Positions 27,113 to 37,215 of a stretch of DNA of 64,000 nt are shown piece by piece. The position numbers and the translations under genes were made by a program. The first letter of the stretch is position 1; each line of letters opens with the position of its first letter. The notes under the pieces are model-generated. The model had not been told where the DNA came from, made no database searches, and was given only the letters and a program-made list of their open reading frames with translations. Source of the DNA: Bacteroidia bacterium (GTDB taxonomy: Bacteria > Bacteroidota > Bacteroidia > JABEUT01); NCBI GenBank assembly GCA_052325425.1, contig JBKQUY010000034.1:25-64024 (forward strand), written 5' to 3'.

Positions 27113-28858
27113 ATGAATATGATTTCCCGATTTCTGAATAAGATAAAAAAATACCGTCTTCTGTTGGCAATACTTGCAATAGGAGCTTATGCTTTTCTTT
27201 CCTACAGCTTTACCGATAATTATTTTGAAATTTCGAAAAACCTCGATATTTATTCCACTACTTTAAAAGAACTTGACCTCTATTATGTGGATAGCATAAA
27301 TCCCGGTGAACTTGTAAAGACAAGTATTGATGCCATGCTCGCGTCGCTCGACCCTTATACGGATTATATACCCGAATCGGAAATAGAAGATTTCAGGTTT
27401 ATGACAACAGGGGAATACGGGGGCATTGGAGCAATTGTACAAAAAGACAGCAATGGTATTGAAATTGCCGAGCCTTATATGGGCTCACCTGCTTTTAAAG
27501 CCGGCCTTAACGCGGGCGATAAAATTGTATCCATTGACGGTATTTCTACCACCGGGAAAAATACTGATGATGTGGGAAAACTTTTAAAGGGTCAGGCAGG
27601 TACAAGTGTTAAACTTATGGTGCTGCAACCGGATAAAAGCGTACCGGTTGAAAAAACTATAATACGTGAAGTTATTAAAGTCAGCAATGTGCCTTATTAT
27701 GGCATGGTAACCGATAATATTGGCTATATAAAGCTTACCGAATTTACCGAAAATGCAGGCATTAATGTTAGAAATGCGTTGGTTGAATTAAAAAAGAATC
27801 ACAACCTAAAAGGTATAATACTTGATCTGAGGAACAATCCCGGCGGACTGCTGAATGAGGCAGTTAAGGTGGTGAATATTTTTGAGCCTAAAGGGCAATT
27901 GGTGGTAAATACGCGTGGACGCAGCAAAGAGCTGAATCACCCCGACCTTACTAACAGCGATCCGGTTGACACTGCAATACGTATTGCAGTGGTAGTTAAC
28001 AATGGCTCAGCTTCGGCCTCAGAAATTGTTACAGGGACTATACAGGACCTGGACAGAGGAGTGGTAATCGGAACGCGCACCTATGGTAAAGGATTGGTAC
28101 AGCAAACACATCCTCTGACTTATAATTCAGAACTTAAATTTACCATTGCCAAGTACTATACTCCCAGCGGAAGGTGTATACAGGCGCTTGATTACAGCCA
28201 TCGCGGTGCCGATGGCACGGTAAATAAAGTACCCGATTCGCTTAAATCGGCATTCAGAACCAAACATGGCCGCATTGTATATGATGGCGGCGGCATTGCG
28301 CCCGACATAACCATAGAGCCTAAAAAGACGAGCGAAGCAACCAATAACCTGGGAGCGCAGTTTTTCATATTCAATTATGCGACTTTATTCAGGGAAAATC
28401 ATAGTTCCATTGAACGCGCTGATAGTTTTTCCCTCAGCGATGAAGAATATAGCAGGTTTGTTGAATATGTTAAAAGCCACAATTTTACATATACAGGCAA
28501 AAGTGACAAATTATTGAAGGAACTTAAGGAAACTACGGAGAGTGAGAAGTATGACGGAGACCTTAAAAATTCTTATGCTAAAATTGAGAAAGATATTGCC
28601 GAGGAGAAAAAGAACGATTTAATGAGGTACAAGCCTGAAATAAAACGGCTTCTGGAAGAGGAAATTGCTTCAAGATATTATTACCAGGAAGGCAGGATAT
28701 TATCAAGTTTAAAATATGATGATGAGGTAAAGAAGAGTATAGAAGTAATTAATAATACCGCTGTGTATGATTCTGTAATAACCACCATTGCAATGCCAAA
28801 ACACCCCTTTTTCAACCAGGCAATGAAAACATGGCCGCCTTCACCGCAGGGTAAGTAA
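27113..28858 (+). CDS. ctpA: S41-family C-terminal processing (tail-specific) peptidase
   Basis: 581 aa. PDZ domain (GDKIVSIDG), the catalytic-Ser block SASASE, and the catalytic-Lys region LDLRNNPGG...GTRTYGKGL. Confidence 0.85.
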   Translation: MNMISRFLNKIKKYRLLLAILAIGAYAFLSYSFTDNYFEISKNLDIYSTTLKELDLYYVDSINPGELVKTSIDAMLASLDPYTDYIPESEIEDFRFMTTGEYGGIGAIVQKDSNGIEIAEPYMGSPAFKAGLNAGDKIVSIDGISTTGKNTDDVGKLLKGQAGTSVKLMVLQPDKSVPVEKTIIREVIKVSNVPYYGMVTDNIGYIKLTEFTENAGINVRNALVELKKNHNLKGIILDLRNNPGGLLNEAVKVVNIFEPKGQLVVNTRGRSKELNHPDLTNSDPVDTAIRIAVVVNNGSASASEIVTGTIQDLDRGVVIGTRTYGKGLVQQTHPLTYNSELKFTIAKYYTPSGRCIQALDYSHRGADGTVNKVPDSLKSAFRTKHGRIVYDGGGIAPDITIEPKKTSEATNNLGAQFFIFNYATLFRENHSSIERADSFSLSDEEYSRFVEYVKSHNFTYTGKSDKLLKELKETTESEKYDGDLKNSYAKIEKDIAEEKKNDLMRYKPEIKRLLEEEIASRYYYQEGRILSSLKYDDEVKKSIEVINNTAVYDSVITTIAMPKHPFFNQAMKTWPPSPQGK

Positions 28859-28885
28859 AATTATTGTTACAGATGACTTTGGTCT

Positions 28886-29267
28886 TTATTTTCCGGCTTT
28901 GTCAATAGGCCTGAAACGTAAAGCGCTCCATGTGTCGTCAATGGAAATGGCGGTTACAGTAGTAATGCCATATTTTTCACCTGTTACGCGAAGTGTATCC
29001 CTGTTAATATCCGTTTTAATTTTTGAAGTTCCTTTCGGATAAGCAAACCATAAAACCGCTATCCGGTTCAATGTTTTCCAATTTGTTATTAAGGAAATCA
29101 AGGTACTCTTTGTTGTTATTTATAAAAACCAATGTGTTTGCGTTTTTCGCTTTTTTATCAAAGTTTGTTTTAAAGCCCAGTTTTACAAACTCTTTCTCAA
29201 TTGATGCAGGCGCATTAAGAACAATTCCCTTGTCCTTAAACTTAAATTTTTTAATAATATTCTCCAT
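28886..29267 (-). pseudogene. Small conserved hypothetical gene split by a +1/-1 frameshift (two overlapping ORFs 29016..29267 and 28886..29101)
   Basis: The upstream ORF reads ...NKLENIEPDSGFMVCLSERNFKN*. The other frame continues ...NRIAVLWFAYPKGTSKIKTDINRDTLRVTGEKYGITTVTAISIDDTWSALRFRPIDKAGK over the same nucleotides (29040-29075). Together they make one approx. 150-aa protein. Confidence 0.45.
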
Positions 29268-29306
29268 TATTTGTTGAGGGTCTTTATAAAAGGGCTGTCA
29301 TGTTTT

Positions 29307-29394
<88 letters not shown>

Positions 29395-29501
29395 TGGAAA
29401 TTAAGGGCACAAAGATAATTACTCTTTCGGAACAAAATATCGAATCTATGGAATGTTTACTTCAGCATTCAATGTTCCGATATTACATTATTACCGATTG
29501 T

Positions 29502-31595
29502 CTACCAAATAGATGCTCTAACGCTGTCCGCCCTGTACATACCATCGCCCGGTTTGATATCAAACCCTTTGAACTCGGGGTTGTGCTCATTGGCCGATAC
29601 GCTGAAAGCTTTATAAAACTCAGGCATATTGGATAATGGCCCGTTGGCTCTTAGTATATTGGGGGAGTGCGGGTTGGTAGTAATCAATTGTTTCTGCATG
29701 GCAGGGCGGATGTTTTGCCTCCAAGCCTGTGCCCATGCAATAAAGAACCTTTGTTCCGGAGTAAAACCATCAACAATGCCTTCCGGGTGCTCTTTCAGGT
29801 CATTTTCCAATGCTGTATAAGCTATGGTTATCCCGCCAAAGTCTGCTGTGTTTTCACCAATAGTAAGCTCGCCTTTTACATTCATCGAGTCAATTACGTA
29901 GTTATTAAACTGGTTGATGAGCACCTGCAATTTATTGTGGAAACGGGTGGAATCCTCATTGGTCCACCATTTGTGCATATTGCCTTCGGCATCGAACTGT
30001 GAACCCTGGTCATCGAAACCATGGGTAAGTTCGTGGCCGATAACTGCTCCCATAGCTCCATAGTTCATAGCATCATCACGGTTAGGGTCGAAGAAAGGAG
30101 GTTGCATAATGGCAGCCGGGAACACAATCTCATTCATGGAAGGATTGTAATAGGCATTTACAGTCTGCGGCGACATACCCCATTCGGTGCGGTCAACCGG
30201 CTTGCCTAATTTGTTCAGCTCGTAGTTAAATTCAAATTCATTTATCCTGAATGCATTCTGTACCCATGTATCGCGTTTAATATCAAGCGCTGAATAATCT
30301 TTCCACTTGTCAGGATAGCAGAGCTTAAGTGTAATTTTATCCAGTTTTGCCAGGGCATATTTCTTGGTTTCGGGGCTCATCCAGCTTACCTGGTTAATGC
30401 GTTGCTTATAAGCAGCAATAATATTGGTAACCATATCATTCACTTTAGCTTTCGCTTCGGGGCTGAAATATTTGGCTACATAAAGCTGACCCAGCAATTT
30501 GCCGAGAGCGCGGCTTGTACCTTCAACCGAGCGTTTCCAGCGGGGTTTCATTTCCCTTGCACCCTGGAAAGTCCTGCCCCAGAAATTGAAGCTGATTTTG
30601 GCCAGTGTGTCGGTCAGCTTAGGCGCCTCATCGGAAAGAAGGTGGAAACGCAGGTAGGTTTTCCAGTCATCCATGGAAACAGATTTTGTCATATCGTTAA
30701 GCTGTTTAATGAACAGAGGCTGTGACACAATCACTGTATCAACTGATTTTAACCCGAATATTTGCTGAATGGTTGCCCAATCAATATTAGGGGTTGTTTT
30801 CTCCAATTCTGTCATGGGCATTTTGTTGTACTGTGCTGAAATATCCCTCATTTCAGTACGCGACATAGATGAATTTGCCAATTGAGTTTCCAGGTCAAGT
30901 ATTTTTTGAGCATCTGCGGAAGCTTTATCGGCAGGTTCACCCATTTGCTGGAATATCTGCGTTGCATACTCGAGGAATTTTTCCCGTATCATTTTCATAC
31001 CGGGGTTATCGAGTATATAGTAATCTTTTGCAGGTAATGTCATTCCGCCCTGGCCAATGGTGATTATTTCCTTAGCGCTGATTTTGGCATCCTGTTCAAT
31101 GTCAAAACCAAACATTACATCGGGCCCTATAATATTAAGATGTGCGACTTCCGCCCAAAGGGATTTGTTATCGGATATGGCATCTATTTTTCCAAACTCA
31201 TCTTTTAAAGGAGTAATTCCATTTTTGTTAAGGCTTACCGAATCCATCATGCAGGCAAATAAGTCGCCTACTTTTTGCTCGATAGAACCATGCTGTACCT
31301 GCTTATTGGAAGCGGCTGCTTCCAGCAATTTCCTCAGGCGGCTTGTAATACTGTCATTCAGTACGTTAAAGCTTCCCCATGCCGCTTCGCTGGCAGGAAT
31401 TGGATTATTTTTCAGCCAATTGCCATTCACATATTGGTAAAAATTCTGCTGAGGCCTTGCGGTAGTATCAAAGTTAGCGAGGCCAACTTCTCCTTTATAC
31501 TTGTCAGCATCAGATTCATGCTTACAGGAAGTGTTGAACAGCAACACAGACAGTGAAAGACAGATGGCAGTGCCATAAATGTTTACATTTTTCAT
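29502..31595 (-). CDS. pepO: M13-family zinc metalloendopeptidase (PepO/neprilysin-like), lipoprotein, copy 1 of a tandem pair
   Basis: 697 aa. Lipobox LLFNTSC. HExxH HELTHGFDD and ENTADFGG zinc-ligand motifs. Confidence 0.9.
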   Translation of the reverse strand: MKNVNIYGTAICLSLSVLLFNTSCKHESDADKYKGEVGLANFDTTARPQQNFYQYVNGNWLKNNPIPASEAAWGSFNVLNDSITSRLRKLLEAAASNKQVQHGSIEQKVGDLFACMMDSVSLNKNGITPLKDEFGKIDAISDNKSLWAEVAHLNIIGPDVMFGFDIEQDAKISAKEIITIGQGGMTLPAKDYYILDNPGMKMIREKFLEYATQIFQQMGEPADKASADAQKILDLETQLANSSMSRTEMRDISAQYNKMPMTELEKTTPNIDWATIQQIFGLKSVDTVIVSQPLFIKQLNDMTKSVSMDDWKTYLRFHLLSDEAPKLTDTLAKISFNFWGRTFQGAREMKPRWKRSVEGTSRALGKLLGQLYVAKYFSPEAKAKVNDMVTNIIAAYKQRINQVSWMSPETKKYALAKLDKITLKLCYPDKWKDYSALDIKRDTWVQNAFRINEFEFNYELNKLGKPVDRTEWGMSPQTVNAYYNPSMNEIVFPAAIMQPPFFDPNRDDAMNYGAMGAVIGHELTHGFDDQGSQFDAEGNMHKWWTNEDSTRFHNKLQVLINQFNNYVIDSMNVKGELTIGENTADFGGITIAYTALENDLKEHPEGIVDGFTPEQRFFIAWAQAWRQNIRPAMQKQLITTNPHSPNILRANGPLSNMPEFYKAFSVSANEHNPEFKGFDIKPGDGMYRADSVRASIW

Positions 31596-31670
31596 AGGAA
31601 ACAGATAAATTTAAAGGGCGCAATTTAATAATTTATATTATAGTTATATTTTATTTTTATAAATATATAA

Positions 31671-33791
31671 TTACCATATAGAAGCCCTAACGCTGTCAGC
31701 CCTGTACATGCCATCCCCTGGCTTTATGTCAAACCCTTTAAACTCCGGGTTGTGCTCATTACTTGATACGCTGAATGCTTTATAAAACTCAGCCATATTG
31801 GAAAGCGGCCCGTTGGCCCTGAAATTATCCGGTGAGTGCGGATTAGTAGTAATCATCTGCTTTTCATATTCAGGGCGGATGTTTTGCCTCCATGCCTGTG
31901 CCCATGCAATAAAGAATCTTTGCTCGGGAGTAAAGCCATCAACAATGCCTTCCGGGTGCTCTTTCAGGTCATTTTCCAATGCTGTATAAGCTATGGTTAT
32001 TCCGCCGAAGTCTGCCGTATTCTCACCTATGGTAAGCTCTCCTTTTACATGCATGGAATCAATTACGTAGTTATTAAACTGGTTGATGAGCACCTGCAAT
32101 TTATTGTGGAAACGGGTGGAATCCTCATTGGTCCACCATTTGTGCATATTGCCTTCAGCATCGAACTGTGAGCCCTGGTCGTCGAAACCATGGGTAAGTT
32201 CGTGGCCGATAACTGCTCCCATAGCTCCGTAGTTCATAGCATCGTCACGGTTAGGGTCGAAGAAAGGAGGTTGCATAATGGCAGCCGGAAAGACAATCTC
32301 ATTCATGGAAGGATTGTAATAGGCGTTCACAGTCTGCGGCGACATACCCCATTCGGTGCGGTCAACCGGCTTGCCCAGCTTGTTCATGTCATAATTAAAT
32401 TCAAATTCATTTATCCTGAATGAGTTCTGCACCCATGAATCGCGCTTGATTTCGAGCGCCGAGTAATCTTTCCATTTGTCGGGATAACAGAGTTTCAGCA
32501 TTATTTTATCCAGTTTTGCCAGGGCATATTTTTTGGTTTCCGGGCTCATCCAGCTTACCTGGTTGATGCGTTGCTTATAAGCAGCAATAATATTGGTAAC
32601 CATATCGTTCACCTTGGCTTTCGCTTCGGGGCTGAAATATTGGGCTACATAAAGCTGTCCCAGTACCTGTCCCAGTGAAGCGCTGGTAGCTTCAACCGAA
32701 CGTTTCCAGCGGGGCTGCATTTCTTCCGCGCCCTCGAAAGTTCTGCCCCAGAAGTTGAAACTGATTTTAGATAGGGTATCGGTCAGCTTGGCTGCTTCGG
32801 TTGAAAGAAGGTGAAAACGTAGGTATGTTTTCCAGTCATCTATGGAAACAGATTTTGTCATATCGTTAAGCTGTTTCATAAATAAAGGCTGGGCTACAAT
32901 TATAGTATCAATTGATTTTATTCCGAATGTCTGCAGAATGGTAGCCCAGTCAAGATTAGGGGTCATTTTTTCCAGTTCAGTCATCGGCATTTTATTGTAT
33001 TGGGCGCTGATGTTCCTTTCCTCGGTTGTTGACATAGAAGCCGTTGCCAATTGTGTTTCAATGTCAAGTATTTTTTGAGCATCTGCGGAAGCTTTATCGG
33101 CAGGTTCACCCATTTGCTGGAATATTTGTGTTGCATATTCCAGGAACTTGCCCCGTATCATTTTGAACATGGGTATATCTTCTACATAATAGTCTTTGGC
33201 CGGCAATGTCATTCCGCCCTGGCCAATGGTGCATGCCTCCTTGGTGCTTATTTTGGCGTCCTGTCCCACCCCAAACCCAAACATCACATCGGGGCCTATT
33301 TTCATAAGGTGCGCGGCTTCTGCCCAAAGCGATTTATTATCGGATATGGCATTTATCTTTCCAAATTCATCATTTAGCGGAGTAATTCCGTTTTTGTTCA
33401 GGTTTACTGAATCCATCATGCAGGTAAACAAATCCCCCACTTTCTGTTCGGTTGAGCCGGGTTGAGCCTGCTTATCGGCGGCGGCAATTTCAAGCAATTT
33501 CCTGAGCCGCTTGGTAATGCTGTCATCAAGCACGCTGAAACTTCCCCATGCCGCTTCGCTGGCAGGTATAGGGTTATTCTTCAGCCAATTGCCATTCACA
33601 TAATGATAAAAATCCTGTTGGGGTTTAACGGTAGTATCAAAGTTAGCAAGGCCAACTTCTCCTTTATATTTTTCAGCATCGGTCTCATGTTTGCACGAAG
33701 TGCCAAACAATAATGCACCCATTGAAAAACAAATGGCAGGAACATAAAAAAGCGTTTTTTTCATAATGAAACCGATAATTAAAGGGTGCAA
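31671..33791 (-). CDS. pepO: M13-family zinc metalloendopeptidase (PepO/neprilysin-like), lipoprotein, copy 2 of a tandem pair
   Basis: 706 aa, nearly identical to copy 1 over most of its length at the protein level, and very similar at the DNA level. Lipobox LLFGTSC. The likely true start is MKKTLFYVPAICF at 33764. Confidence 0.9.
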   Translation of the reverse strand: MHPLIIGFIMKKTLFYVPAICFSMGALLFGTSCKHETDAEKYKGEVGLANFDTTVKPQQDFYHYVNGNWLKNNPIPASEAAWGSFSVLDDSITKRLRKLLEIAAADKQAQPGSTEQKVGDLFTCMMDSVNLNKNGITPLNDEFGKINAISDNKSLWAEAAHLMKIGPDVMFGFGVGQDAKISTKEACTIGQGGMTLPAKDYYVEDIPMFKMIRGKFLEYATQIFQQMGEPADKASADAQKILDIETQLATASMSTTEERNISAQYNKMPMTELEKMTPNLDWATILQTFGIKSIDTIIVAQPLFMKQLNDMTKSVSIDDWKTYLRFHLLSTEAAKLTDTLSKISFNFWGRTFEGAEEMQPRWKRSVEATSASLGQVLGQLYVAQYFSPEAKAKVNDMVTNIIAAYKQRINQVSWMSPETKKYALAKLDKIMLKLCYPDKWKDYSALEIKRDSWVQNSFRINEFEFNYDMNKLGKPVDRTEWGMSPQTVNAYYNPSMNEIVFPAAIMQPPFFDPNRDDAMNYGAMGAVIGHELTHGFDDQGSQFDAEGNMHKWWTNEDSTRFHNKLQVLINQFNNYVIDSMHVKGELTIGENTADFGGITIAYTALENDLKEHPEGIVDGFTPEQRFFIAWAQAWRQNIRPEYEKQMITTNPHSPDNFRANGPLSNMAEFYKAFSVSSNEHNPEFKGFDIKPGDGMYRADSVRASIW

Positions 33792-33847
33792 TTTAACATT
33801 AAATTAATATTAGAGGAACGTTTATCTTTTTCTTCAGCCAATTACTA

Positions 33848-34558
33848 TCAGCTATTAATAAATTCAAGTTCAAATACTTCAGCAATATGCTTTTTTAAGC
33901 ACGTTTTCACCTCTTCCTGGTTGGGTATATATTTCAGTTCCTGCGCCATAGATGTAACTGCCCTGCCGCTTATTCCGCAGGGGATAATAAGTGAAAAATA
34001 GTTTAAATCGGGCTGCACATTAAGCGCTATGCCATGCATGGTAACCCAATGGCTTGTGCGTACTCCCATAGCACATATTTTACGGGCTTTCCCGGGGTGT
34101 TCCGCATCGAGCCATACACCGGTCATTCCTTTTACCCTTTCGCCTTTAAGGCCGTATTCCGCCAGCATCTGTATTACTGCCTCTTCCAAAAAGCGCATAT
34201 AACGGTGTATATCGGTAAAAAAATAATCGAGGTTGAAAATAGGATAGGCTACAACCTGGCCGGGGCCGTGATAGGTAATATCTCCACCCCTGTTTATTTT
34301 GTAATAGGCAATATTTCTTTGCTGAAGTTGTTCCTGCTTTATCAAAAGGTTTTCCTCGTGGCCGCTTTTACCAATGGTAAATACATGAGGGTGTTCGCAA
34401 AAAATAAGGTAATTGCCTGTGTACTGCTTTGTTTCTTCAGGTAATTCGCGGTTTGCAAGCTTCTTGCTTACCACTTCTTTGAATAATGATTCCTGGTAAT
34501 CCCAGGCTTCTTTGTAGTCAATATGGCCAATGTCCCTGAAGATTACCCTACGGTTCAT
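33848..34558 (-). CDS. lipB: Lipoyl(octanoyl) transferase
   Basis: 236 aa. Octanoyltransferase blocks (FCEHPHVFTIG, RGGDITYHGPGQ, KICAMGVR). Confidence 0.9.
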   Translation of the reverse strand: MNRRVIFRDIGHIDYKEAWDYQESLFKEVVSKKLANRELPEETKQYTGNYLIFCEHPHVFTIGKSGHEENLLIKQEQLQQRNIAYYKINRGGDITYHGPGQVVAYPIFNLDYFFTDIHRYMRFLEEAVIQMLAEYGLKGERVKGMTGVWLDAEHPGKARKICAMGVRTSHWVTMHGIALNVQPDLNYFSLIIPCGISGRAVTSMAQELKYIPNQEEVKTCLKKHIAEVFELEFINS

Positions 34559-35544
34559 TTACCGGCCAAATCTTTTTTTAATTGTTCAATAACCTTAACC
34601 TCTGTAGCGTCAACATGCCTCATCTCCGATAAATACCATGATACCCAATCGCCAAAATATATCCAGTAGAGTTTCTTCTCTATGACAGTCTTGCCTTTTG
34701 AAGGTATTTCAATTACTACATGGGCATATTTCTCAAATATCTTTTTGCATAGCTCTATGCGCAACTCATTGCGGGGGTGTTCTTCGGTATCCCTGAAAAT
34801 AAGCACTGCCACCTGCGGGTATTCATGGCTCCAGCCTACCAGTTCATTGTGGTTCATTTCGGGTATTACATGGTGCCAGCATAGTATTTTGGCATTCTCG
34901 TTCAGTTGCTGCCTGAAACGGATGGCCACTCCTTCGTGCAGAGAAGTGCTGTAAATAACGGGGAATTTATTCACCAGTATTTCTGCCATGCGCTGGGCCG
35001 CTTTCATAAGCGAGGGTTGGTTTTCAACAAGCAATTTCGAGGCAGAAAGAATCTGGCCGGAATATGCCGGAGCAATACCATGAAATTCTATAATACGGAA
35101 AAGCTGGGTGAGCGAATAGCCCAAACATGACCTTGGCGGCATACCTGCGGGAATAACTATGGCATCGTAACCATTGGCTTTTGCCAGTTCCAGTAATTTA
35201 CCGCCCGATGTAATACATACTATATGAGCCTTGCATTTTACCGCCGCATTGAACGATTCCAATGTCTCTTCAGTATTGCCTGAATAGGAGGAACAAATAA
35301 CCAGTGTACCGGCATCAACATAAGCCGGAAGCGTATAGCTCTTCATCACCTCGATAGGCACTGTTGCTTCATGCTGTATGGTTTCCTTTACAATGGTGCC
35401 TCCAATACCTGAACCGCCAAGGCCGCAGATTACTACCTTGTTAATACTCGTTTTTGGTTTGGAAAGTTTAGCATTTTGTGCAATGCTTACCGCTTCCTCT
35501 AATTGTTTCGGGAACCCATTTATTAAATCATTCATCATTGCCAT
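34555..35544 (-). CDS. SIS-domain bifunctional phosphoglucose/phosphomannose isomerase-family protein
   Basis: 329 aa. Two SIS repeats (VVICGLGGSGIGG and LVICSSYSGNTEET) typical of archaeal-type PGI/PMI. Confidence 0.6.
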   Translation of the reverse strand: MAMMNDLINGFPKQLEEAVSIAQNAKLSKPKTSINKVVICGLGGSGIGGTIVKETIQHEATVPIEVMKSYTLPAYVDAGTLVICSSYSGNTEETLESFNAAVKCKAHIVCITSGGKLLELAKANGYDAIVIPAGMPPRSCLGYSLTQLFRIIEFHGIAPAYSGQILSASKLLVENQPSLMKAAQRMAEILVNKFPVIYSTSLHEGVAIRFRQQLNENAKILCWHHVIPEMNHNELVGWSHEYPQVAVLIFRDTEEHPRNELRIELCKKIFEKYAHVVIEIPSKGKTVIEKKLYWIYFGDWVSWYLSEMRHVDATEVKVIEQLKKDLAGK

Positions 35545-35866
35545 AAGGAAAGATATAAGAGATATAAGGGTGCAAAGTTAGAAATCTGTTATTAATTAGG
35601 AATTAGTAATTAATAATTAGGAATTTTTGGTCGTTAACCATCACTGCGATGCCTCGCCTGACATTCATCGTCAGCGATCCGCAATCCCTTAAATAATGAG
35701 GCGGATGTGGCAGTTTGCTTCCCCTAAAATTAGAGCAATCCCGACCTCTTCTATCGGGGTTGCTTCCCAAAATAATTTGAGTTGCTTCACCAAACAAATA
35801 TGCAATCCCGTAATAATGCGGGGTAATCCCGCCCACTAAGGCGGGGCTCAGTATATGCATTTTTAA

Positions 35867-35909
35867 CACAGAGAGCACAGAGAATAAAAACACACAGAGA
35901 ACCACAGAG
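35867..35909. repeat. Four CACAGAG direct repeats inside a 600-bp non-coding region
   Basis: CACAGAGagCACAGAGaataaaaacaCACAGAGaacCACAGAG. The same region (35640-35850) also has three GCAATCCC-initiated hairpins and a CTGAC-N7-GTCAG hairpin. Confidence 0.4.
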
Positions 35910-36139
35910 TTTTTTATTTGTAATTCGTAATTAATTAATGTTTACGGGTTACACAATGTTACACTTTTTAAGACATTTTTAAGCGCAAATAATTGATAAT
36001 CAATACGTTAATATGTTACACCTATCAAAAAGAGTAACACATGACTAAGTTATTGATTATGAGTATGTTTTGTGTTTTTTGTGTTTTTAGACAATTCCCT
36101 CTGATTTCTTACCTTTATTGCTTCAAAACTAGCCACTAT

Positions 36140-37048
36140 ATGCCCATAGTGAAATTAAATATTGTAAAACTTTTTTCAGTAATAGCGTGCTTTACATTAT
36201 TGTATGGTTGCAGTTCGTCAAACAAAGTTGCATCTTCTTTTAGCCAAAGAAAATATACTAAAGGATATTTTTGGAATATTCCTGCTGAAAGGCCAAGCGT
36301 AGCTAGTAAAAAAGAACATTTTGGCATAGATAAAAAAATATGGACAAAGCAGAACGAGGTTGTCAATTTTGATAAAATCAAAAGTAGCATTGAAAAAAAA
36401 ACTTTAGCACCAGTTTTTCATTTAGGGGAATTTGCAACAAGTAAAAAGGAATTAAAATCAAGAAAACCAATATATATTGTTGATGAAATTGTTTCAACAC
36501 ATACTTCTGTAACTCCATCCGATAGTGCAGAGGATAAAGGAGAAAAAGATATTAAATTAGGCACGCAGTTATTTATTACTGCTGGTGTGGTTCTGCTTCT
36601 TGGTATTACATTTACATTACTTGCTGGTGCTGGATTTCCATTATGGATATTTATATTACTCGGAATAGTTTTCTTAATCTTCGGTTATATATTTAGACAA
36701 AAAGGCATTTATGAAAAGAATCCTTCTGTTAAACCAAATGACTCAGCACCTGAATATAAATGGGGTAGTCATGCATTCAAATGCACTGTAGCTATTATAT
36801 CGCTTATCTTATTAACCTTTATATTTTATCTGATTGATATATCTTTAATTGTCAATGGGTATCTTTTTTTATTTTTAGTTGTTATATGCTCATATGCTGC
36901 AATAATTCTAGCAATTTGTAGTGTGATTTTTGCAATAAAAGCATTAATAATAAAAGAGCCGCATCGGGGGCTAACAATTGCAGCATTGGTAATTTGTGCA
37001 ATTTGTGCCTTAGTACTATTATTCAGCGTGGTTAATGGTTCAATATAG
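36140..37048 (+). CDS. Hypothetical lipoprotein / polytopic membrane protein
   Basis: The start is chosen at MPIVKLNIVKLFSVIACFTLLYGCSSS (a lipobox). The longer ORF from 36041 has an implausible Cys/Phe-rich N-terminus. The C-terminal half holds four hydrophobic segments. AT-rich, with no recognisable family. Confidence 0.45.
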   Translation: MPIVKLNIVKLFSVIACFTLLYGCSSSNKVASSFSQRKYTKGYFWNIPAERPSVASKKEHFGIDKKIWTKQNEVVNFDKIKSSIEKKTLAPVFHLGEFATSKKELKSRKPIYIVDEIVSTHTSVTPSDSAEDKGEKDIKLGTQLFITAGVVLLLGITFTLLAGAGFPLWIFILLGIVFLIFGYIFRQKGIYEKNPSVKPNDSAPEYKWGSHAFKCTVAIISLILLTFIFYLIDISLIVNGYLFLFLVVICSYAAIILAICSVIFAIKALIIKEPHRGLTIAALVICAICALVLLFSVVNGSI

Positions 37049-37175
37049 TTGTATTTTCTTAATCTTACTATAATGCACCCCTTTCCAGCATTCTTTGCGC
37101 AACGAGACTTGTGGGCATTAATAAGCCAGGTTAGTTCACAAACCATGTTGTTATGTTATGGAGTTCTCGAGTACA

Positions 37176-37215
37176 CTAACTCATAACTTATAACTCATAA
37201 TTCATAACTATATTT
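37176..37215. repeat. Inverted copy of the TTATGAGTTAT-unit repeat seen at 21584-21617
   Basis: The reverse complement ATATAGTTATGAATTATGAGTTATAAGTTATGAGTTAGT is very similar to ATATAGTTATGAGTTATAAATTATGAGTTATGAGTG. It lies between the convergent recJ and lipoprotein genes and overlaps the recJ stop codon. Confidence 0.4.

Noticed and set aside
29629-30002. Plus-strand ORFs (63 aa and 111 aa) inside M13 peptidase copy 1, mirrored by near-identical ORFs at 31798..32171 inside copy 2
   Set aside because: They lie antisense to well-supported peptidase genes. They appear conserved only because the underlying genes are duplicated. Their Cys-rich composition is not protein-like.
33792-33847. Possible regulatory element between M13 copy 2 and lipB
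   Set aside because: This is 55 bp of AT-rich spacer with no discernible hairpin or promoter consensus, too little to call.
35603-35905. 100-aa minus-strand ORF in the long intergenic spacer
   Set aside because: It is composed of the CACAGAG and hairpin repeats, with no start context or homology features. It is more plausibly non-coding.
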